DNA of 56,246 bases from an uncultured Saprospiraceae bacterium (GCA_937973995.1 CALJIQ010000215.1:1-56246), one strand, 5' to 3'. Positions 1-11,291 are shown, counted from the stretch's first letter. Notes: generated by a model from the sequence alone, not told the origin. Numbers and translations: made by a program.

Positions 1-591
1 ATCTGCACCCATCTTAGCGATGAACTTATTTGGATCAGAGTCATCAAGTAATTGATTATCAGCAGGAAGTGAGTCAAGTACTTCAAAGTACTCTTCTTCT
101 GTCAATAGATCTTTAACTTCTATTTCTCCTTCTTTGACACCTGGCTGGATTACTGCATATCTCTCGTAGTAAACGATTGTCTCTAATTTCTTAGATGCAA
201 TTCCGAGTAGGTATCCAATCTTATTAGGTAATGACTTGAAGAACCAAATATGTACAACAGGAACTACGAGTTTAATGTGGCCCATTCTTTCTCTTCTGAC
301 CTTCTTCTCAGTCACTTCTACACCACATCTATCACAGACAATACCTTTGTATCTGATTCTTTTATACTTACCACAGTAGCATTCATAATCCTTTACTGGA
401 CCAAAAATACGCTCACAGAAAAGACCATCTCGTTCTGGTTTATAAGAACGGTAATTGATCGTTTCTGGCTTTAACACCTCTCCATATGATCTTTCTAGAA
501 TATCATCTGGAGATGCCAAACTAATCGTAATGCTCTCAAAAGATTCTTGTTGTTGGTATCTTTTGTTACCAAAATTCTTTTTAAAAGACAT
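1..591 (-). CDS. rpoC: DNA-directed RNA polymerase subunit beta' (N-terminal 197 codons; gene runs off the window start)
   Basis: Reverse translation from the ATG at 591 gives [106 protein letters not shown]. This is the conserved RpoC N-terminus with its Cys4 zinc motif. It lies directly downstream of rpoB. It is missing from the ORF track only because it is open at the window edge. Confidence 0.93.
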   Translation of the reverse strand, partial: MSFKKNFGNKRYQQQESFESITISLASPDDILERSYGEVLKPETINYRSYKPERDGLFCERIFGPVKDYECYCGKYKRIRYKGIVCDRCGVEVTEKKVRRERMGHIKLVVPVVHIWFFKSLPNKIGYLLGIASKKLETIVYYERYAVIQPGVKEGEIEVKDLLTEEEYFEVLDSLPADNQLLDDSDPNKFIAKMGAD

Positions 592-603
592 AGTTATATT
601 TTA

Positions 604-675
604 AGGTGTCAGAAGACAGGAGTCAGGGGTCAGGCGAGCGTTTGCTCTAACACCTGTCACCTGACACCTGACTCC
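604..675. repeat. Imperfect palindrome in the rpoB-rpoC spacer, built from GTCAGG/CCTGAC words
   Basis: GGAGTCAGGGGTCAGG (618-633) pairs with CCTGACACCTGACTCC (660-675) with one mismatch. A small inner GAGC-GTTT-GCTC hairpin sits in the loop. Confidence 0.8.
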
Positions 676-682
676 CTAATAG

Positions 683-3600
683 TTATTCAAATTTCACATC
701 CAAGGCTAATCCTCTCAACTCATGTACTAGTACATTGAAAGACTCGGGTATATTTGGTATCGGTAAATTGTCTCCTTTTACAATCGCCTCGTAAGCTTTT
801 GCTCTACCAGAAATATCATCTGACTTAATCGTCAGTAATTCCTGAAGGATACTAGATGCACCAAATGCCTCTAATGCCCATACTTCCATCTCTCCAAAAC
901 GCTGCCCACCAAATTGTGCTTTACCACCTAGTGGCTGTTGCGTAATTAAAGAGTATGGACCGATAGAACGGGCGTGCATCTTGTCATCTACCATGTGCGA
1001 TAATTTCAACATGTAAATCACCCCAACCGTCGCTTGCTGATGGAAACGATCTCCTGTCTCTCCGTCATGCAAATAGGTTTGACCTAATGATGGAAGATTG
1101 GCTTCCTGAATATGCTCTTCAATCTCATCCATGCTTGCTCCATCGAAAATCGGCGTACCGAATTTCATACCCAGTTTTTGTCCAGCCCAACCCAGTACCG
1201 TTTCAAAGATTTGTCCTAAGTTCATCCGAGAGGGAACTCCTAGTGGATTCAATACAATGTCCACTGCAGAACCATCATCTAGGAATGGCATATCTTCAAT
1301 CCGTACAATTCGGGATACAATTCCTTTATTACCGTGACGACCCGCCAACTTATCTCCCACTTTCAGCTTTCGCTTCTTAGCCAAATACACTTTAGCTAAT
1401 TTCAATACCCCTGCTGGCAATTCATCTCCAATACTAATGTTGAATTTCTCCCGCTTATACTTACCTACCTCCTCGTTCACCTTGATACTGTAGTTGTGTA
1501 GTAGTTTTGCGATCAAGTCATTGGTATGCTTATCCTCCGTCCAATTGCTATAATCAATAGCCGTCAAATCTAAACTCTTCAATAAGGCTTGATCGAACTT
1601 AACGCCTTTCTCAATTTTTAGCTCTCCATAAATATTCTTTACCCCTTGAGAGGTTTTCCCTTTTACTAAAATCAATAACTTATCCACAAGGATGGTTTTG
1701 ATTTCGTTCAAGGTAATCAGGTGCTGATCATCCAGCTTTGCTAATTGATCTTTTTCTAAAGATTTTTGATCTTTATCTTTCTTCGCTCTAGCAAATAACT
1801 GCTTGTTAATGATGATCCCTTTAGTAGATGGAGGTGCTTTGAAAGAAGCATCTTTTACATCACCTGCTTTATCACCGAAAATGGCTCTTAATAATTTCTC
1901 TTCAGGAGTTGGATCAGATTCTCCTTTAGGAGTAATCTTACCAATTAAAATATCTCCCTCTTTCACCCAGGCACCGACTCGGATAATACCATTCTCATCT
2001 AAGTCCTTTGTGGATTCTTCACTAACGTTTGGAATATCATTTGTTAATTCTTCCTCCCCTAGCTTGGTATCTCGAACATCTAATTCAAAGTGTTCAATAT
2101 GTAAAGAGGTAAAAACATCCTCTCTTACTACTCTTTCAGATAATACAATCGCATCCTCAAAGTTGTACCCTTTCCACGGCATGAAGGCAACCTTCAAGTT
2201 TTGTCCTAATGCCAATTCTCCAGATTGGGTAGCATATCCGTCACAAAGAATTTGTCCTCTTGATACACGATTTCCTTTCCGAACAATCGGTTTCAAGTTG
2301 ATACAAGTACCTTGATTGGTTCTTCTAAATTTTACTAAAGGATAAGACTTGCGATTATCTTCAAAGGAAATCAGTTTTTCCTCTTCTGTTCTATCATATC
2401 GAATCACGACCTCATTGGCATCAACATACTCCACAACGCCTTCTCCTTCTGCATTAATCAATACTCTTGAATCCCGCGCTACTTTTCCTTCTAAGCCTGT
2501 ACCTACTATTGGTGATCTTGGTCGCAATAAAGGCACTGCCTGTCGTTGCATGTTAGATCCCATCAAGGCACGGTTGGCATCATCATTTTCTAAGAAAGGA
2601 ATCATAGATGCAGACACCCCTACAATTTGGTTAGGTGCAACGTCCATAAATTCAATCTCATCTGGTGGTAATACAGGGAAATCACCGTGCTCTCTACACT
2701 TAACTCTATCCGTAACAAAACCACCTTTTTCTGTTAAAGGAGCATTTGCTTGGGCAATCTTTTTAAAATCCTCTGCCTCTGCTGATAAGTAGATTGGCTC
2801 ATCTTTTACGTTTACCTTTCCTTTGGCAACCGGTCGGTAAGGCGTTTCTAAGAAACCCATTTTGTTCACTTTAGCGTGAACACAAAGCGTTGAAATCAAA
2901 CCAATGTTTGGTCCCTCTGGTGTTTCAATCGTACAAAGACGACCATAGTGAGAATAATGAACATCCCGCACCTCGAATCCTGCCCGTTCTCTTGATAACC
3001 CTCCTGGACCTAAAGCCGAAATTCTTCGCTTATGCGTAATTTCAGATAGTGGATTGGTTTGATCTAAGAACTGAGATAATTGACTAGTACCAAAGAAGGA
3101 ATTAATAACAGAGGAAAGCGTACGAGCATTAATCAAATCAATAGGCGTAAAGACCTCATTATCTCTTACATTCATCCGTTCTCGAATGGTTCTTGCCATT
3201 CTAGCTAGACCTACACCAAATTGAGCATATAATTGCTCCCCTACTGTTTTAATACGTCTATTACTCAAGTGGTCAATATCATCAATCTCCGCTTTCTGGT
3301 TCATCAAACTTACTAGGTACTTAACGATTTTGATGATGTCTTCTTTTGTTAATACAGAGACATCCTTATCAATTTCTTGACCTAGTTTACGATTGATTTT
3401 ATATCGTCCTACTTCTCCTAAGTTATATCGCTTATCGGAGAAGAATAATTTATCTATAATCCCTCTAGCCGTATCATCATCCGGTGGATCGGTGCCTCTC
3501 AATTGACGGTAGATATGTTGTACCGCTTCAATTTCAGAACTAGAAGGGTCTTTTTGTAAGGTATTATATATAATCGAATAATCTTCTTCAATGTCGTCCT

Positions 3601-4504
3601 TTTGAAGGATTACTGATTCTGTATCAGAGTCAATAATAGCTTGGATATTAGTTTCATCCAAGACAATATCTCTTTCTAAGATAATTTCATTCCGCTCAAT
3701 AGTTACCACCTCTCCTGTATCCTCATCCACAAAATCTTCCGTCCAACTTCTTAGAACCCGTGCTGCTAACTTTCTACCAATAGATGCTTCTAGATCTTTC
3801 TTGGTGGTAGGAACTTCGTCCGCTAAGTCAAAAATATCTAAGATAGCTCTATCCGTATCGAAACCGATCGCTCTCAACAAAGTGGTAACTGGAAATTTTT
3901 TCTTACGATCAATGTAAGCATACATGACCGTATTTATATCTGTGGCAAACTCCATCCAAGCGCCCTTGAAAGGAATTACTCTAGCAGAATAAATCTTTGT
4001 TCCATTAGGGTGAAAACTTTGACCAAAGAATACCCCTGGCGAACGATGCAATTGAGAAACAATTACCCGCTCAGCACCATTGATAACGAAAGTACCCTTT
4101 GGGGTCATATACGGGATATTCCCCAAAAACACATCTTGAACGATGGTTTGGAAATCCACATGCTCTTCGTCATTACAAGACAGCCTTAATTTTGCTTTTA
4201 AGGGGACGCTATACGTCAACCCTCTGTGCATACATTCTTCGATGCTATATCGAGGTGGGTCAATAAAATAATCTAGGAATTCAAGGACAAATATATTCCG
4301 AGCATCCGTAATAGGAAAGTTTTCCTGAAACACTCGGTACAGACCTTCGTTCATCCTGTTCTCAGGTGTAGTTTCCAATTGGAAGAATTCCCTAAAGGAT
4401 TTCAATTGGATTTCTAGTAAGTCAGGATAAGATGAGGGTAGCTTGATTTTGCCGAAACTAATTCGGCGTTCTTCAGCTGTTTTTGCAGTACCATTAACAG
4501 TCAT
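683..4504 (-). CDS. rpoB: DNA-directed RNA polymerase subunit beta
   Basis: 1273-aa ORF with conserved RpoB blocks ([58 protein letters not shown]). Canonical position between rplL and rpoC. Confidence 0.99.
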   Translation of the reverse strand: MTVNGTAKTAEERRISFGKIKLPSSYPDLLEIQLKSFREFFQLETTPENRMNEGLYRVFQENFPITDARNIFVLEFLDYFIDPPRYSIEECMHRGLTYSVPLKAKLRLSCNDEEHVDFQTIVQDVFLGNIPYMTPKGTFVINGAERVIVSQLHRSPGVFFGQSFHPNGTKIYSARVIPFKGAWMEFATDINTVMYAYIDRKKKFPVTTLLRAIGFDTDRAILDIFDLADEVPTTKKDLEASIGRKLAARVLRSWTEDFVDEDTGEVVTIERNEIILERDIVLDETNIQAIIDSDTESVILQKDDIEEDYSIIYNTLQKDPSSSEIEAVQHIYRQLRGTDPPDDDTARGIIDKLFFSDKRYNLGEVGRYKINRKLGQEIDKDVSVLTKEDIIKIVKYLVSLMNQKAEIDDIDHLSNRRIKTVGEQLYAQFGVGLARMARTIRERMNVRDNEVFTPIDLINARTLSSVINSFFGTSQLSQFLDQTNPLSEITHKRRISALGPGGLSRERAGFEVRDVHYSHYGRLCTIETPEGPNIGLISTLCVHAKVNKMGFLETPYRPVAKGKVNVKDEPIYLSAEAEDFKKIAQANAPLTEKGGFVTDRVKCREHGDFPVLPPDEIEFMDVAPNQIVGVSASMIPFLENDDANRALMGSNMQRQAVPLLRPRSPIVGTGLEGKVARDSRVLINAEGEGVVEYVDANEVVIRYDRTEEEKLISFEDNRKSYPLVKFRRTNQGTCINLKPIVRKGNRVSRGQILCDGYATQSGELALGQNLKVAFMPWKGYNFEDAIVLSERVVREDVFTSLHIEHFELDVRDTKLGEEELTNDIPNVSEESTKDLDENGIIRVGAWVKEGDILIGKITPKGESDPTPEEKLLRAIFGDKAGDVKDASFKAPPSTKGIIINKQLFARAKKDKDQKSLEKDQLAKLDDQHLITLNEIKTILVDKLLILVKGKTSQGVKNIYGELKIEKGVKFDQALLKSLDLTAIDYSNWTEDKHTNDLIAKLLHNYSIKVNEEVGKYKREKFNISIGDELPAGVLKLAKVYLAKKRKLKVGDKLAGRHGNKGIVSRIVRIEDMPFLDDGSAVDIVLNPLGVPSRMNLGQIFETVLGWAGQKLGMKFGTPIFDGASMDEIEEHIQEANLPSLGQTYLHDGETGDRFHQQATVGVIYMLKLSHMVDDKMHARSIGPYSLITQQPLGGKAQFGGQRFGEMEVWALEAFGASSILQELLTIKSDDISGRAKAYEAIVKGDNLPIPNIPESFNVLVHELRGLALDVKFE

Positions 4505-5059
4505 TGAAACACCTGTTTTGATTGTTCAAATAAAAAAGCCAATATGTGTTTTCTAATAAATTTGGGCGTAAATTTTGCTTTATTTATAGAAATACTACAT
4601 ATTGCGATTGGTAGTTTTTCCCTTCCCATTTGTCGGGCATCTAGGCGAAAAACGTACACTAGCTCATTCAAACATTTATTAATAAATAGAGGCTTTCCTC
4701 TGTGGTAACTTTCAATTTTTTAAAGGGAATCTGTAAACCCTAAATGGTAATTGATTTCCGTTCCTTCCTTCGTCAACTGCCTTAATTGTAACCAAACAGC
4801 AATAGGCTTAGTAAGAAACAATTACTTGCTAAGCCTAAAAAATCTCAAAAAATGATAAGCCTTCTGGCATCAATCAATTTGGGACTTAATTTATAATGTT
4901 ATAAATCAGGGTTTTATGCCCTTTGAAAAATGATTCCTCAAAGAGAACTCACCTTTTATTATATATCGAATAAAAAATGAATGCCAATTTTTATTCAAAA
5001 AGTATGTATTGGTTTCACAAAAAACCAACCGGATCTCAAATATTACCAAACAAAACTTA

Positions 5060-5102
5060 AAAGAAAGGATAACCATCTGTAATAAACGGTTTTCCTTTCT
5101 TT
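5060..5102 (-). terminator. Hairpin 20 nt downstream of rplL; candidate terminator/attenuator ahead of rpoB
   Basis: On the minus strand AAAGAAAGGAAAACC-loop-GGTTATCCTTTCTTT pairs at 14 of 15 positions. It is followed by the U-rich tail UAAGUUUUGUUUGG. The position matches the known rplL-rpoB attenuator of E. coli. Confidence 0.5.
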
Positions 5103-5122
5103 TTAGTTCAATGAATACAATA

Positions 5123-5503
5123 TTACTTCAATTCTACACTAGCTCCAACTGCTTCTAAAGCTGCTTTAATTTTCTCAGCTTCGTCTTTTGGAATACCTTC
5201 TTTCACGTTAGCAGGCGCTCCATCTACTAATTCCTTAGCATCTTTCAAGCCCAATCCTAACAATCCTTTTACCTCTTTTACTACTTTCAATTTACCTGCA
5301 CCTGCAGAAGTTAATACTACCGTGAATTCAGTTTGCTCTTCTGCTGCGCCACCTGCTCCTCCTGCGGCACCTGGTGCTGCCATAGCTACTGCTGCTGCTG
5401 CTGGCTCAATACCATAATCATCTTTCAAAATATCTGCTAGTTCACTTACTTCTTTAACTGTTAAATTAACTAACGATTCAGCAAGTGTTTTTAAATCTGC
5501 CAT
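5123..5503 (-). CDS. rplL: 50S ribosomal protein L7/L12
   Basis: 126 aa with an Ala/Gly hinge and the conserved C-terminal domain ([25 protein letters not shown]). Confidence 0.97.
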   Translation of the reverse strand: MADLKTLAESLVNLTVKEVSELADILKDDYGIEPAAAAVAMAAPGAAGGAGGAAEEQTEFTVVLTSAGAGKLKVVKEVKGLLGLGLKDAKELVDGAPANVKEGIPKDEAEKIKAALEAVGASVELK

Positions 5504-5622
5504 CTTAATAAAGTTTTGATGCGGTGAATTAGTATTTGTTAATTAGTCTTTAAGACCTCACCACCGCCGTTTCATTTAATAAAATAAATTTATGTTGAAA
5601 CTTGGAAGCCGTTTCAATTTTT

Positions 5623-5693
5623 AATGGTGAATGATAAATTTTGAATTTTGAATGAAAAATACATTCAAAATTCAGCATTCAAAATTCAACATT
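5623..5693. repeat. Family A palindrome (TTTTGAATG / CATTCAAAA words), copy 1
   Basis: The left arm AATGGTGAATGATAAATTTTGAATTTTGAATG and right arm CATTCAAAATTCAGCATTCAAAATTCAACATT pair at about 26 of 32 positions. It abuts the rplJ stop codon. Confidence 0.8.
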
Positions 5694-6225
5694 AAGCTTG
5701 CTCGCCTCTCTGTTCTAAAGCTTTCAATAAGCCAGAGATTGTGTTGCCGCCTGATTGTAAAGAACCCAAAACAGTTTTGATTGGGGATTGTAATAAGGTA
5801 ACCACTTCTCCAATTAATTCTTCTTTAGACTTGAGACTTGCTAAAGCACCAACTTGATCATCTCCTACAAAAACGCTAGAATCAATATACGCTGCTTTTA
5901 CAATAGGTCGCTCTCCATCTTTCCCTCTAAATTCCTTAATCACCTTTGCAGGCATATTTGCCGTTTCTGTAAACAATAAAGCAGTCGGTCCTTTTAATGC
6001 ATCATATAGGTCTTGGTATTGAGTATCAGAAATAGCTTCTAAAGCTTTTTTTGCAAGAGTGTTTTTAACCACCTGCATTTCAACGCCTTTTTCAAAAAAT
6101 TTCCTTCTCAAATCATTGACCTGAGCTACTGTCATCGTTGAAGAATCGGTAATATAGAAGAAATTGAATTTCTCAAATTTACCTTTTAATTCCTCAACAG
6201 CAGCTTCTTTTTCTGCTCTTGTCAT
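5692..6225 (-). CDS. rplJ: 50S ribosomal protein L10
   Basis: 177-aa ORF with L10-like sequence, located between rplA and rplL. Confidence 0.96.
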   Translation of the reverse strand: MTRAEKEAAVEELKGKFEKFNFFYITDSSTMTVAQVNDLRRKFFEKGVEMQVVKNTLAKKALEAISDTQYQDLYDALKGPTALLFTETANMPAKVIKEFRGKDGERPIVKAAYIDSSVFVGDDQVGALASLKSKEELIGEVVTLLQSPIKTVLGSLQSGGNTISGLLKALEQRGEQA

Positions 6226-6240
6226 TTTCTATAAGTATTA

Positions 6241-6349
6241 TTGAGTGGGTTGTAATTATTAATTACTGATTATTAATTATTTTCTAAATGTAACAACAGC
6301 ATAATCTGCTAATAATCAATAATGAATGATTAATAATACTTTCACTCAA
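6241..6349. repeat. Family B palindromic element (ATTAATAATCAGTAATTAATAAT words), copy 1
   Basis: Terminal inverted TTGAGTG...CACTCAA. Its 30-nt block AATTATTAATTACTGATTATTAATTATTTT is identical to the reverse complement of 48316-48345. It lies 16 nt upstream of the rplJ start. Confidence 0.85.
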
Positions 6350-6482
6350 TAGGCTTTACAATATATAGCTTAGCATTTTCAAGTTGGAAGCATTAGAACG
6401 GGTTTGAAAACGCTAGACTTTAGTTGCTCATTATTAAAGGTTGACTAAATCAGACAAACTATCAATAATTAGCAATACGATC

Positions 6483-7175
6483 CTATTTTATCGTTTTTGT
6501 ATCAATCTTGACGCCCGGACTCATGGTACTGGCTACTGTCAAAGATTTCATGTAGATTCCCTTCGCTGAAGAAGGTTTCATTTTCATAATTGTAGAAAGC
6601 ACTTCGTTAGCATTATCCGCTAACTTATCTGCTGAGAAAGATACCCTTCCGACTGGTGCATGGATGATTCCGAATTTATCCACACGAAAGGAGATTTTAC
6701 CTTTCTTTATCTCAGAAACTGCATCCCCTACATTCATCGTCACGGTACCTGTTTTAGGATTTGGCATTAAGCCTCTTGGACCTAATACTCTACCCAAACG
6801 ACCTACTTTAGCCATTGTGCTAGGCATCGCTACCACTGCATCAACGTCTGTAAAGCCACCTTGAACTTTCGTTACTAGTTCATCTAAGCCAACATAATCC
6901 GCTCCAGCAGCCTTAGCTTCTGCCTCTTTATCAGGCGTACAAAAAACCATAACTGTTTTCTGCTTTCCCGTTCCATGCGGTAAAGATACCGTTCCACGTA
7001 GGGCTTGGTCTGCTTTTCGAGGATCTACTCCTAATCGAATATGTAAATCCACAGAAGCGTCAAACTTAGTAGTGTTGACTTGCTTAATTAAAGCCATTGC
7101 GTCCTGCAAAGCGTACAATTTTTCTTTGTCCACTTTTGCATTGGCAGCTTTTCTTTTTTTGGAAACTCTTGCCAT
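6483..7175 (-). CDS. rplA: 50S ribosomal protein L1
   Basis: 230-aa ORF with L1 sequence (RLGVDPRKADQALRGTVSLPHGTGK). Confidence 0.98.
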   Translation of the reverse strand: MARVSKKRKAANAKVDKEKLYALQDAMALIKQVNTTKFDASVDLHIRLGVDPRKADQALRGTVSLPHGTGKQKTVMVFCTPDKEAEAKAAGADYVGLDELVTKVQGGFTDVDAVVAMPSTMAKVGRLGRVLGPRGLMPNPKTGTVTMNVGDAVSEIKKGKISFRVDKFGIIHAPVGRVSFSADKLADNANEVLSTIMKMKPSSAKGIYMKSLTVASTMSPGVKIDTKTIK

Positions 7176-7269
7176 GTCAAAAATTTTGAGGTGAATAGCG
7201 CTTGGAGATAAACGTTGCTAACATGATAGCATTGTTAGGAGTCTCCAAGCTCCCTTCTAGTGTTAAAAA

Positions 7270-7725
7270 TTATTCAGCGGCTTCGCCTCCCCAAGGAGGT
7301 GCACCTTTAATTGTAATACCTGCACTTCTAGCAGTACCAGCTACCATTTTCATAGCTGATTCTATCGTAAAGGCATTCAAATCTGGCATCTTGTCTTCGG
7401 CAATTTCCTTGACCTGATCCCAAGTGACGGTACCCACTTTATTTCTATTAGATTCTGGTGATCCTTTTTTAAGCTTTGCTTTTTCTAATAATTGAACCGC
7501 CGCAGGAGGTGTTTTGATAATAAAATCAAAAGACTTATCCTTGTAAACGGAGATTACTACTGGAAGTACCTTCCCTTTTTTATCCTCGGTTTTAGCGTTA
7601 AAACGCTTACAAAACTCCATGATATTCACCCCCTTCGCACCTAATGCAGGTCCTACGGGTGGTGCAGGATTGGCAGCTCCTCCTCTCACTTGCAGCTTAA
7701 TAAAACCATCTACTTCTTTTGCCAT
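7270..7725 (-). CDS. rplK: 50S ribosomal protein L11
   Basis: 151-aa ORF with the conserved N-terminus ([35 protein letters not shown]). Confidence 0.98.
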   Translation of the reverse strand: MAKEVDGFIKLQVRGGAANPAPPVGPALGAKGVNIMEFCKRFNAKTEDKKGKVLPVVISVYKDKSFDFIIKTPPAAVQLLEKAKLKKGSPESNRNKVGTVTWDQVKEIAEDKMPDLNAFTIESAMKMVAGTARSAGITIKGAPPWGGEAAE

Positions 7726-7855
7726 TGTTTAAATTATTTAAAATGTGGTTGGACTTTAGGGAAGCATTCTTATTAGAAACTAAAGTCTGTATGAGAGATT
7801 GGTAATAAATTGTTAGTGAATGGAGGTCTAGCCACTATCCACCGTTTACCAATAA

Positions 7856-8404
7856 CTATGATTGTTTTTCAACTTGCATGAAATTCAACTCTACTTCTGT
7901 GCCTCGACCAAATATTTTCACAATCACTTTCATCTTCTTCTTTTCCTCGTTCACCTCTTGAATGTCGCCCACAAATTCACTGAAAGGTCCATCAATGATC
8001 TTGATCGTCTCTCCAACGATGAACGGCTCTATCATCACCTCACTCGCTCCTTTAGAAGCATCTACCTTACCCAACAGTCTATTCGCCTCCGTCTCCCTCA
8101 TTGGAATAGGATTGTTACGACCTAAGAAATGAATAACATTTGGAATGTTAGCAATGGTCGTGACCATCTCTCCAGAAAACTTTCCTGGAAGCGCTTCTAC
8201 CAAGATATAGCCTGGTAAAATATTTCTTTCGGACATCACCTTCTTTCCATTACGCATTTTATAGACCTTCTCCGTAGGAACTAGGACTTGGGTAATGACT
8301 TCTTTCCAATTGGAACGAGTTATTTCCAGTTCGATGCGTTCTTTTATTTTACGCTCTTTGCCACTAATTACACGAAGAGAATACCATTTGCCTTCGACAG
8401 TCAT
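7856..8404 (-). CDS. nusG: Transcription termination/antitermination factor NusG
   Basis: 182 aa with WY.LRV..GKE NGN-domain and KOW-domain motifs. Sits between secE and rplK. Confidence 0.96.
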   Translation of the reverse strand: MTVEGKWYSLRVISGKERKIKERIELEITRSNWKEVITQVLVPTEKVYKMRNGKKVMSERNILPGYILVEALPGKFSGEMVTTIANIPNVIHFLGRNNPIPMRETEANRLLGKVDASKGASEVMIEPFIVGETIKIIDGPFSEFVGDIQEVNEEKKKMKVIVKIFGRGTEVELNFMQVEKQS

Positions 8405-8429
8405 CCGATGAGTATTTGATGAATGATAA

Positions 8430-8621
8430 TTATCCAGGATAAATTAAATCCAAGACATTTTTAGAAATCGCATCCATGATGAAAATAATCAAAGCGATAA
8501 TCAAAGAAGCAATTAGAACAACGATTGTACTGCTTTGGAGAGCAGGGAAAGTAGGCCAAGTCACCTTGTTCAACAACTCATTATAACTTTCCTTTATATA
8601 AAGACTTAAATTAGATAACAT
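8430..8621 (-). CDS. secE: Preprotein translocase subunit SecE
   Basis: 63 aa with a single C-terminal TM helix (IVVLIASLIIALIIFIMDAI). Canonical position between tRNA-Trp and nusG. Confidence 0.85.
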   Translation of the reverse strand: MLSNLSLYIKESYNELLNKVTWPTFPALQSSTIVVLIASLIIALIIFIMDAISKNVLDLIYPG

Positions 8622-8783
8622 GGATTTTTAGTATTCGTCAAAAATAAACTTCAATTGAAAGACGGGAAGTTATTTTGACAAGTCCTTAATAATTTGATTA
8701 ACACATCAATTGAAATCATAAAAATAGTCAAAGAGCAATTGGGTCTTTTTTACTAAGGGATATGATTTCGTTTCTTGAATTAG

Positions 8784-8856
8784 CACGGGCGGCAAGATTC
8801 GAACTCGCGACCTTTGGTTTTGGAGACCACTGCTCTACCAACTGAGCTACGCCCGT
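8784..8856 (-). tRNA. tRNA-Trp (anticodon CCA)
   Basis: Minus strand reads ACGGGCG-TA-GCTC..GAGC-A-GTGGT-CUCCAAA-ACCAA-..-GCGAG-TTCGAAT-CTTGC-CGCCCGT-G. It folds as a cloverleaf with a 7-bp acceptor stem, a T-loop and a CCA anticodon in the loop. Confidence 0.92.
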
Positions 8857-8858
8857 GT

Positions 8859-8930
8859 GTAATTTTGAATATTCAATATTGAATTTTGAATGTTCTAGTG
8901 AGATTCAAAATTCTTCATTCAAAATTGTAC
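8859..8930. repeat. Family A palindrome, copy 2 (between tRNA-Trp and tuf)
   Basis: GTAATTTTGAATATTCAATATTGAATTTTGAATG ... ATTCAAAATTCTTCATTCAAAATTGTAC. Confidence 0.75.
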
Positions 8931-9025
8931 TATACCATATATGCGAAAAATTAAGCACCCAAAGGATGCTTAATTTTCGCAAGTATATTGTCTATATTTT
9001 TAAGTAAAAATTCTGTTATAGAATC

Positions 9026-10222
9026 TTATCCTAAAATTTCTGTTACCTGACCTGCACCAACAGTTCTACCACCCTCTCTAATTGCAAATCGAAGTCCTTT
9101 TTCCATTGCAATTGGGTTGATAAGTTTAACCTCAAGGGTAACATTATCACCAGGCATTACCATTTCAACACCGTCTGGTAGATTTACATCACCTGTAACA
9201 TCTGTGGTACGGAAGTAAAATTGAGGACGGTATCCGTTGAAAAATGGTGTGTGACGACCACCTTCGTCTTTACCTAGTACATACACCTCGCACTTGAAGT
9301 GACTGTGAGGCTGAACAGAACCAGGCTTACAAATAACCATTCCACGTTTGATCGCTTCTTTATCAATACCTCTCAATAGAAGTCCAGCATTATCACCAGC
9401 TTCTCCTCTTTCTAATATCTTACGGAACATTTCAACACCAGTAATTACAGAAGTCAATGGCTTAGCATCTGCTGCCATCATACCAATAATCTCAACTGGA
9501 TCACCTGTGTTAATTACTCCTCTTTCAATTCTACCTGTCGCTACAGTACCACGTCCTGTAATAGAGAATACATCCTCAATAGGCATCAAGAATGGCTTAT
9601 CTACCTCTCTTACTGGCTCAGGAATCTGAGTATCAGCAGCTTCCATCAATTCTTTGATTTTAGCAACCGCATCAGCATCACCTTCTAAGGCTTTCAATGC
9701 AGAACCTTGAACGATAGAGGCATTATCTCCATCAAATTCATATTGATCGAGTAGTTCCCTTACTTCCATCTCCACCAATTCTAACATCTCAGGATCATCT
9801 ACTAAATCTACTTTATTCATGAAAACAACAATCTTTGGTACACCTACCTGACGACAAAGAAGGATATGCTCTCTTGTTTGAGGCATAGGACCATCTGTCG
9901 CAGCTACCACTAAAATAGCACCGTCCATTTGGGCAGCACCCGTAACCATGTTTTTCACATAATCGGCGTGACCAGGACAATCAACGTGTGCATAATGACG
10001 ATTAGTTGTTTCGTACTCAACGTGTGCTGTGTTAATCGTAATACCACGTTCTCTTTCTTCGGGAGCTCCATCAATCGAGTCATAATCTTTCTTTTCTGCT
10101 AGACCCTCTTCGGCAAGAACGTAGGTGATGGCTGCCGTAAGAGTAGTCTTTCCGTGATCCACGTGACCTATGGTCCCGATATTAACGTGCGGTTTGTCCC
10201 GCTTAAAAGTTTCTTTAGCCAT
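9026..10222 (-). CDS. tuf: Elongation factor Tu
   Basis: The 398-aa product starts at [28 protein letters not shown] (ATG at 10222). The 87 extra codons in the ORF track read through tRNA-Thr and are not coding. Confidence 0.99.
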   Translation of the reverse strand: MAKETFKRDKPHVNIGTIGHVDHGKTTLTAAITYVLAEEGLAEKKDYDSIDGAPEERERGITINTAHVEYETTNRHYAHVDCPGHADYVKNMVTGAAQMDGAILVVAATDGPMPQTREHILLCRQVGVPKIVVFMNKVDLVDDPEMLELVEMEVRELLDQYEFDGDNASIVQGSALKALEGDADAVAKIKELMEAADTQIPEPVREVDKPFLMPIEDVFSITGRGTVATGRIERGVINTGDPVEIIGMMAADAKPLTSVITGVEMFRKILERGEAGDNAGLLLRGIDKEAIKRGMVICKPGSVQPHSHFKCEVYVLGKDEGGRHTPFFNGYRPQFYFRTTDVTGDVNLPDGVEMVMPGDNVTLEVKLINPIAMEKGLRFAIREGGRTVGAGQVTEILG

Positions 10223-10338
10223 CGTTAACTTTTTGAAAAATTTTAAAGAATTAATAAATAGGAAGGTGCTATCTGATTGAGATATACCTTTGATTGAATG
10301 CAACATAAATGCCCCATATACAGGAAAGAATATGAGTG

Positions 10339-10410
<72 letters not shown>

Positions 10411-10642
10411 TTCTGTTACTATTTATTAAGGATTGAAGGAAGGAAATCAGAAGTATCTGGCTAATAGATTCTATCTCCTTCAAACAAAGTCACTTACATA
10501 GCTGCTACAAGAATAGCAAACGTTGGAGTTATTCTTGTGTTTAGACAATGTTACTGCCTGTCAGTACTAGGCTTTTATGTATCTAAAGAACTAAGTTGCT
10601 GAGAAAATTGACTGTTTTTGAAAACAATCAATCTCTCAACAG

Positions 10643-10718
10643 TGGAGCGGGTGATGAGACTCGAACCCACGACCCTCAGCTTGGAAGGCTGATGCTCTAC
10701 CAACTGAGCTACACCCGC
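10643..10718 (-). tRNA. tRNA-Gly (anticodon TCC), CCA encoded
   Basis: Minus strand reads GCGGGTGTAGCTCAGTTGGTAGAGCATCAGCCTTCCAAGCTGAGGGTCGTGGGTTCGAGTCTCATCACCCGCTCCA. Confidence 0.92.
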
Positions 10719-10720
10719 AG

Positions 10721-10793
10721 ATTAATTTTGAATGTTGAATGATTGAATCATGAATGAATATTCAAAATTAAAAATTCAGCATTCAAAATTAAA
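10721..10793. repeat. Family A palindrome, copy 3 (between tRNA-Gly and tRNA-Tyr)
   Basis: ATTAATTTTGAATGTTGAATGATTGAAT ... ATTCAAAATTAAAAATTCAGCATTCAAAATTAA. Confidence 0.75.
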
Positions 10794-10796
10794 GTA

Positions 10797-10882
10797 TGGT
10801 GGGGGTGGTAGGATTCGAACCTACTCAGTCTGAGACAACAGATTTACAGTCTGCCCCGGCTCTCCAACTCCGGCGCACCCCC
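10797..10882 (-). tRNA. tRNA-Tyr (anticodon GTA), long variable arm, CCA encoded
   Basis: Minus strand reads GGGGGTGCGCCGGAGTTGGAGAGCCGGGGCAGACTGTAAATCTGTTGTCTCAGACTGAGTAGGTTCGAATCCTACCACCCCCACCA. Confidence 0.9.
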
Positions 10883-10883
10883 C

Positions 10884-10963
10884 TTTTAGTTAGGAGTGTG
10901 GAGTTAAGAATGAGGAGTTATATTACTTAACTCCTCACTCTGCACTCTGCACGCTCCACTAAA
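10884..10963. repeat. Imperfect palindrome built from GGAGT/GAGGAGTTA words (between tRNA-Tyr and tRNA-Thr)
   Basis: TTAGTTAGGAGTGTGGAGTTAAGAATGAGGAGTTA faces TAACTCCTCACTCTGCACTCTGCACGCTCCACTAA, pairing at about 24 of 35 positions. Confidence 0.7.
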
Positions 10964-10964
10964 C

Positions 10965-11041
10965 TGGAGCCGATGGAGGGATTCGAACCCCCGACCCGCT
11001 GATTACAAATCAGCTGCTCTGGCCAACTGAGCTACATCGGC
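10965..11041 (-). tRNA. tRNA-Thr (anticodon TGT), CCA encoded
   Basis: Minus strand reads GCCGATGTAGCTCAGTTGGCCAGAGCAGCTGATTTGTAATCAGCGGGTCGGGGGTTCGAATCCCTCCATCGGCTCCA. Confidence 0.92.
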
Positions 11042-11253
11042 TTTTTATGTCAAATTTTCGCTAAAATTAGACCTCATTTGGCCCCATTTTTCAAAGCGAC
11101 TGCAAAGATATGGTTCTTGAATGTAAAAATCAAAGTAATTTTTTCAAAAGTTTTAAACATTTAGAACCAAATATTGATCTTACAATCATTTGAATTATGG
11201 AGGACACTGGAGTATAGAGGGAGAGCACATCTGCCTATCAATACCAAAACTAG

Positions 11254-11291
11254 AAAAGGGGTCGAAAAGTTTCACTTTTCAAACCCCTTTT
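11254..11291 (-). terminator. Rho-independent-type terminator downstream of hpf (possibly bidirectional)
   Basis: AAAAGGGGTCGAAAAG-TTTCA-CTTTTCAAACCCCTTTT. On the minus strand the hairpin is followed by TTTTCTAGTTTTGG. Confidence 0.6.

Noticed and set aside
250-738. Plus-strand track ORFs 250-474 and 547-738
   Set aside because: They lie antisense to the rpoC N-terminus and across the rpoB-rpoC spacer palindrome. rpoC and rpoB on the minus strand explain the region. The products are low-complexity with no recognisable family.
1087-2792. Plus-strand ORFs inside rpoB (1087-1380, 1131-1337, 1803-2315, 2349-2792)
   Set aside because: These are antisense shadow ORFs of a highly conserved, codon-biased gene, with Ser/Pro/Leu-rich meaningless products.
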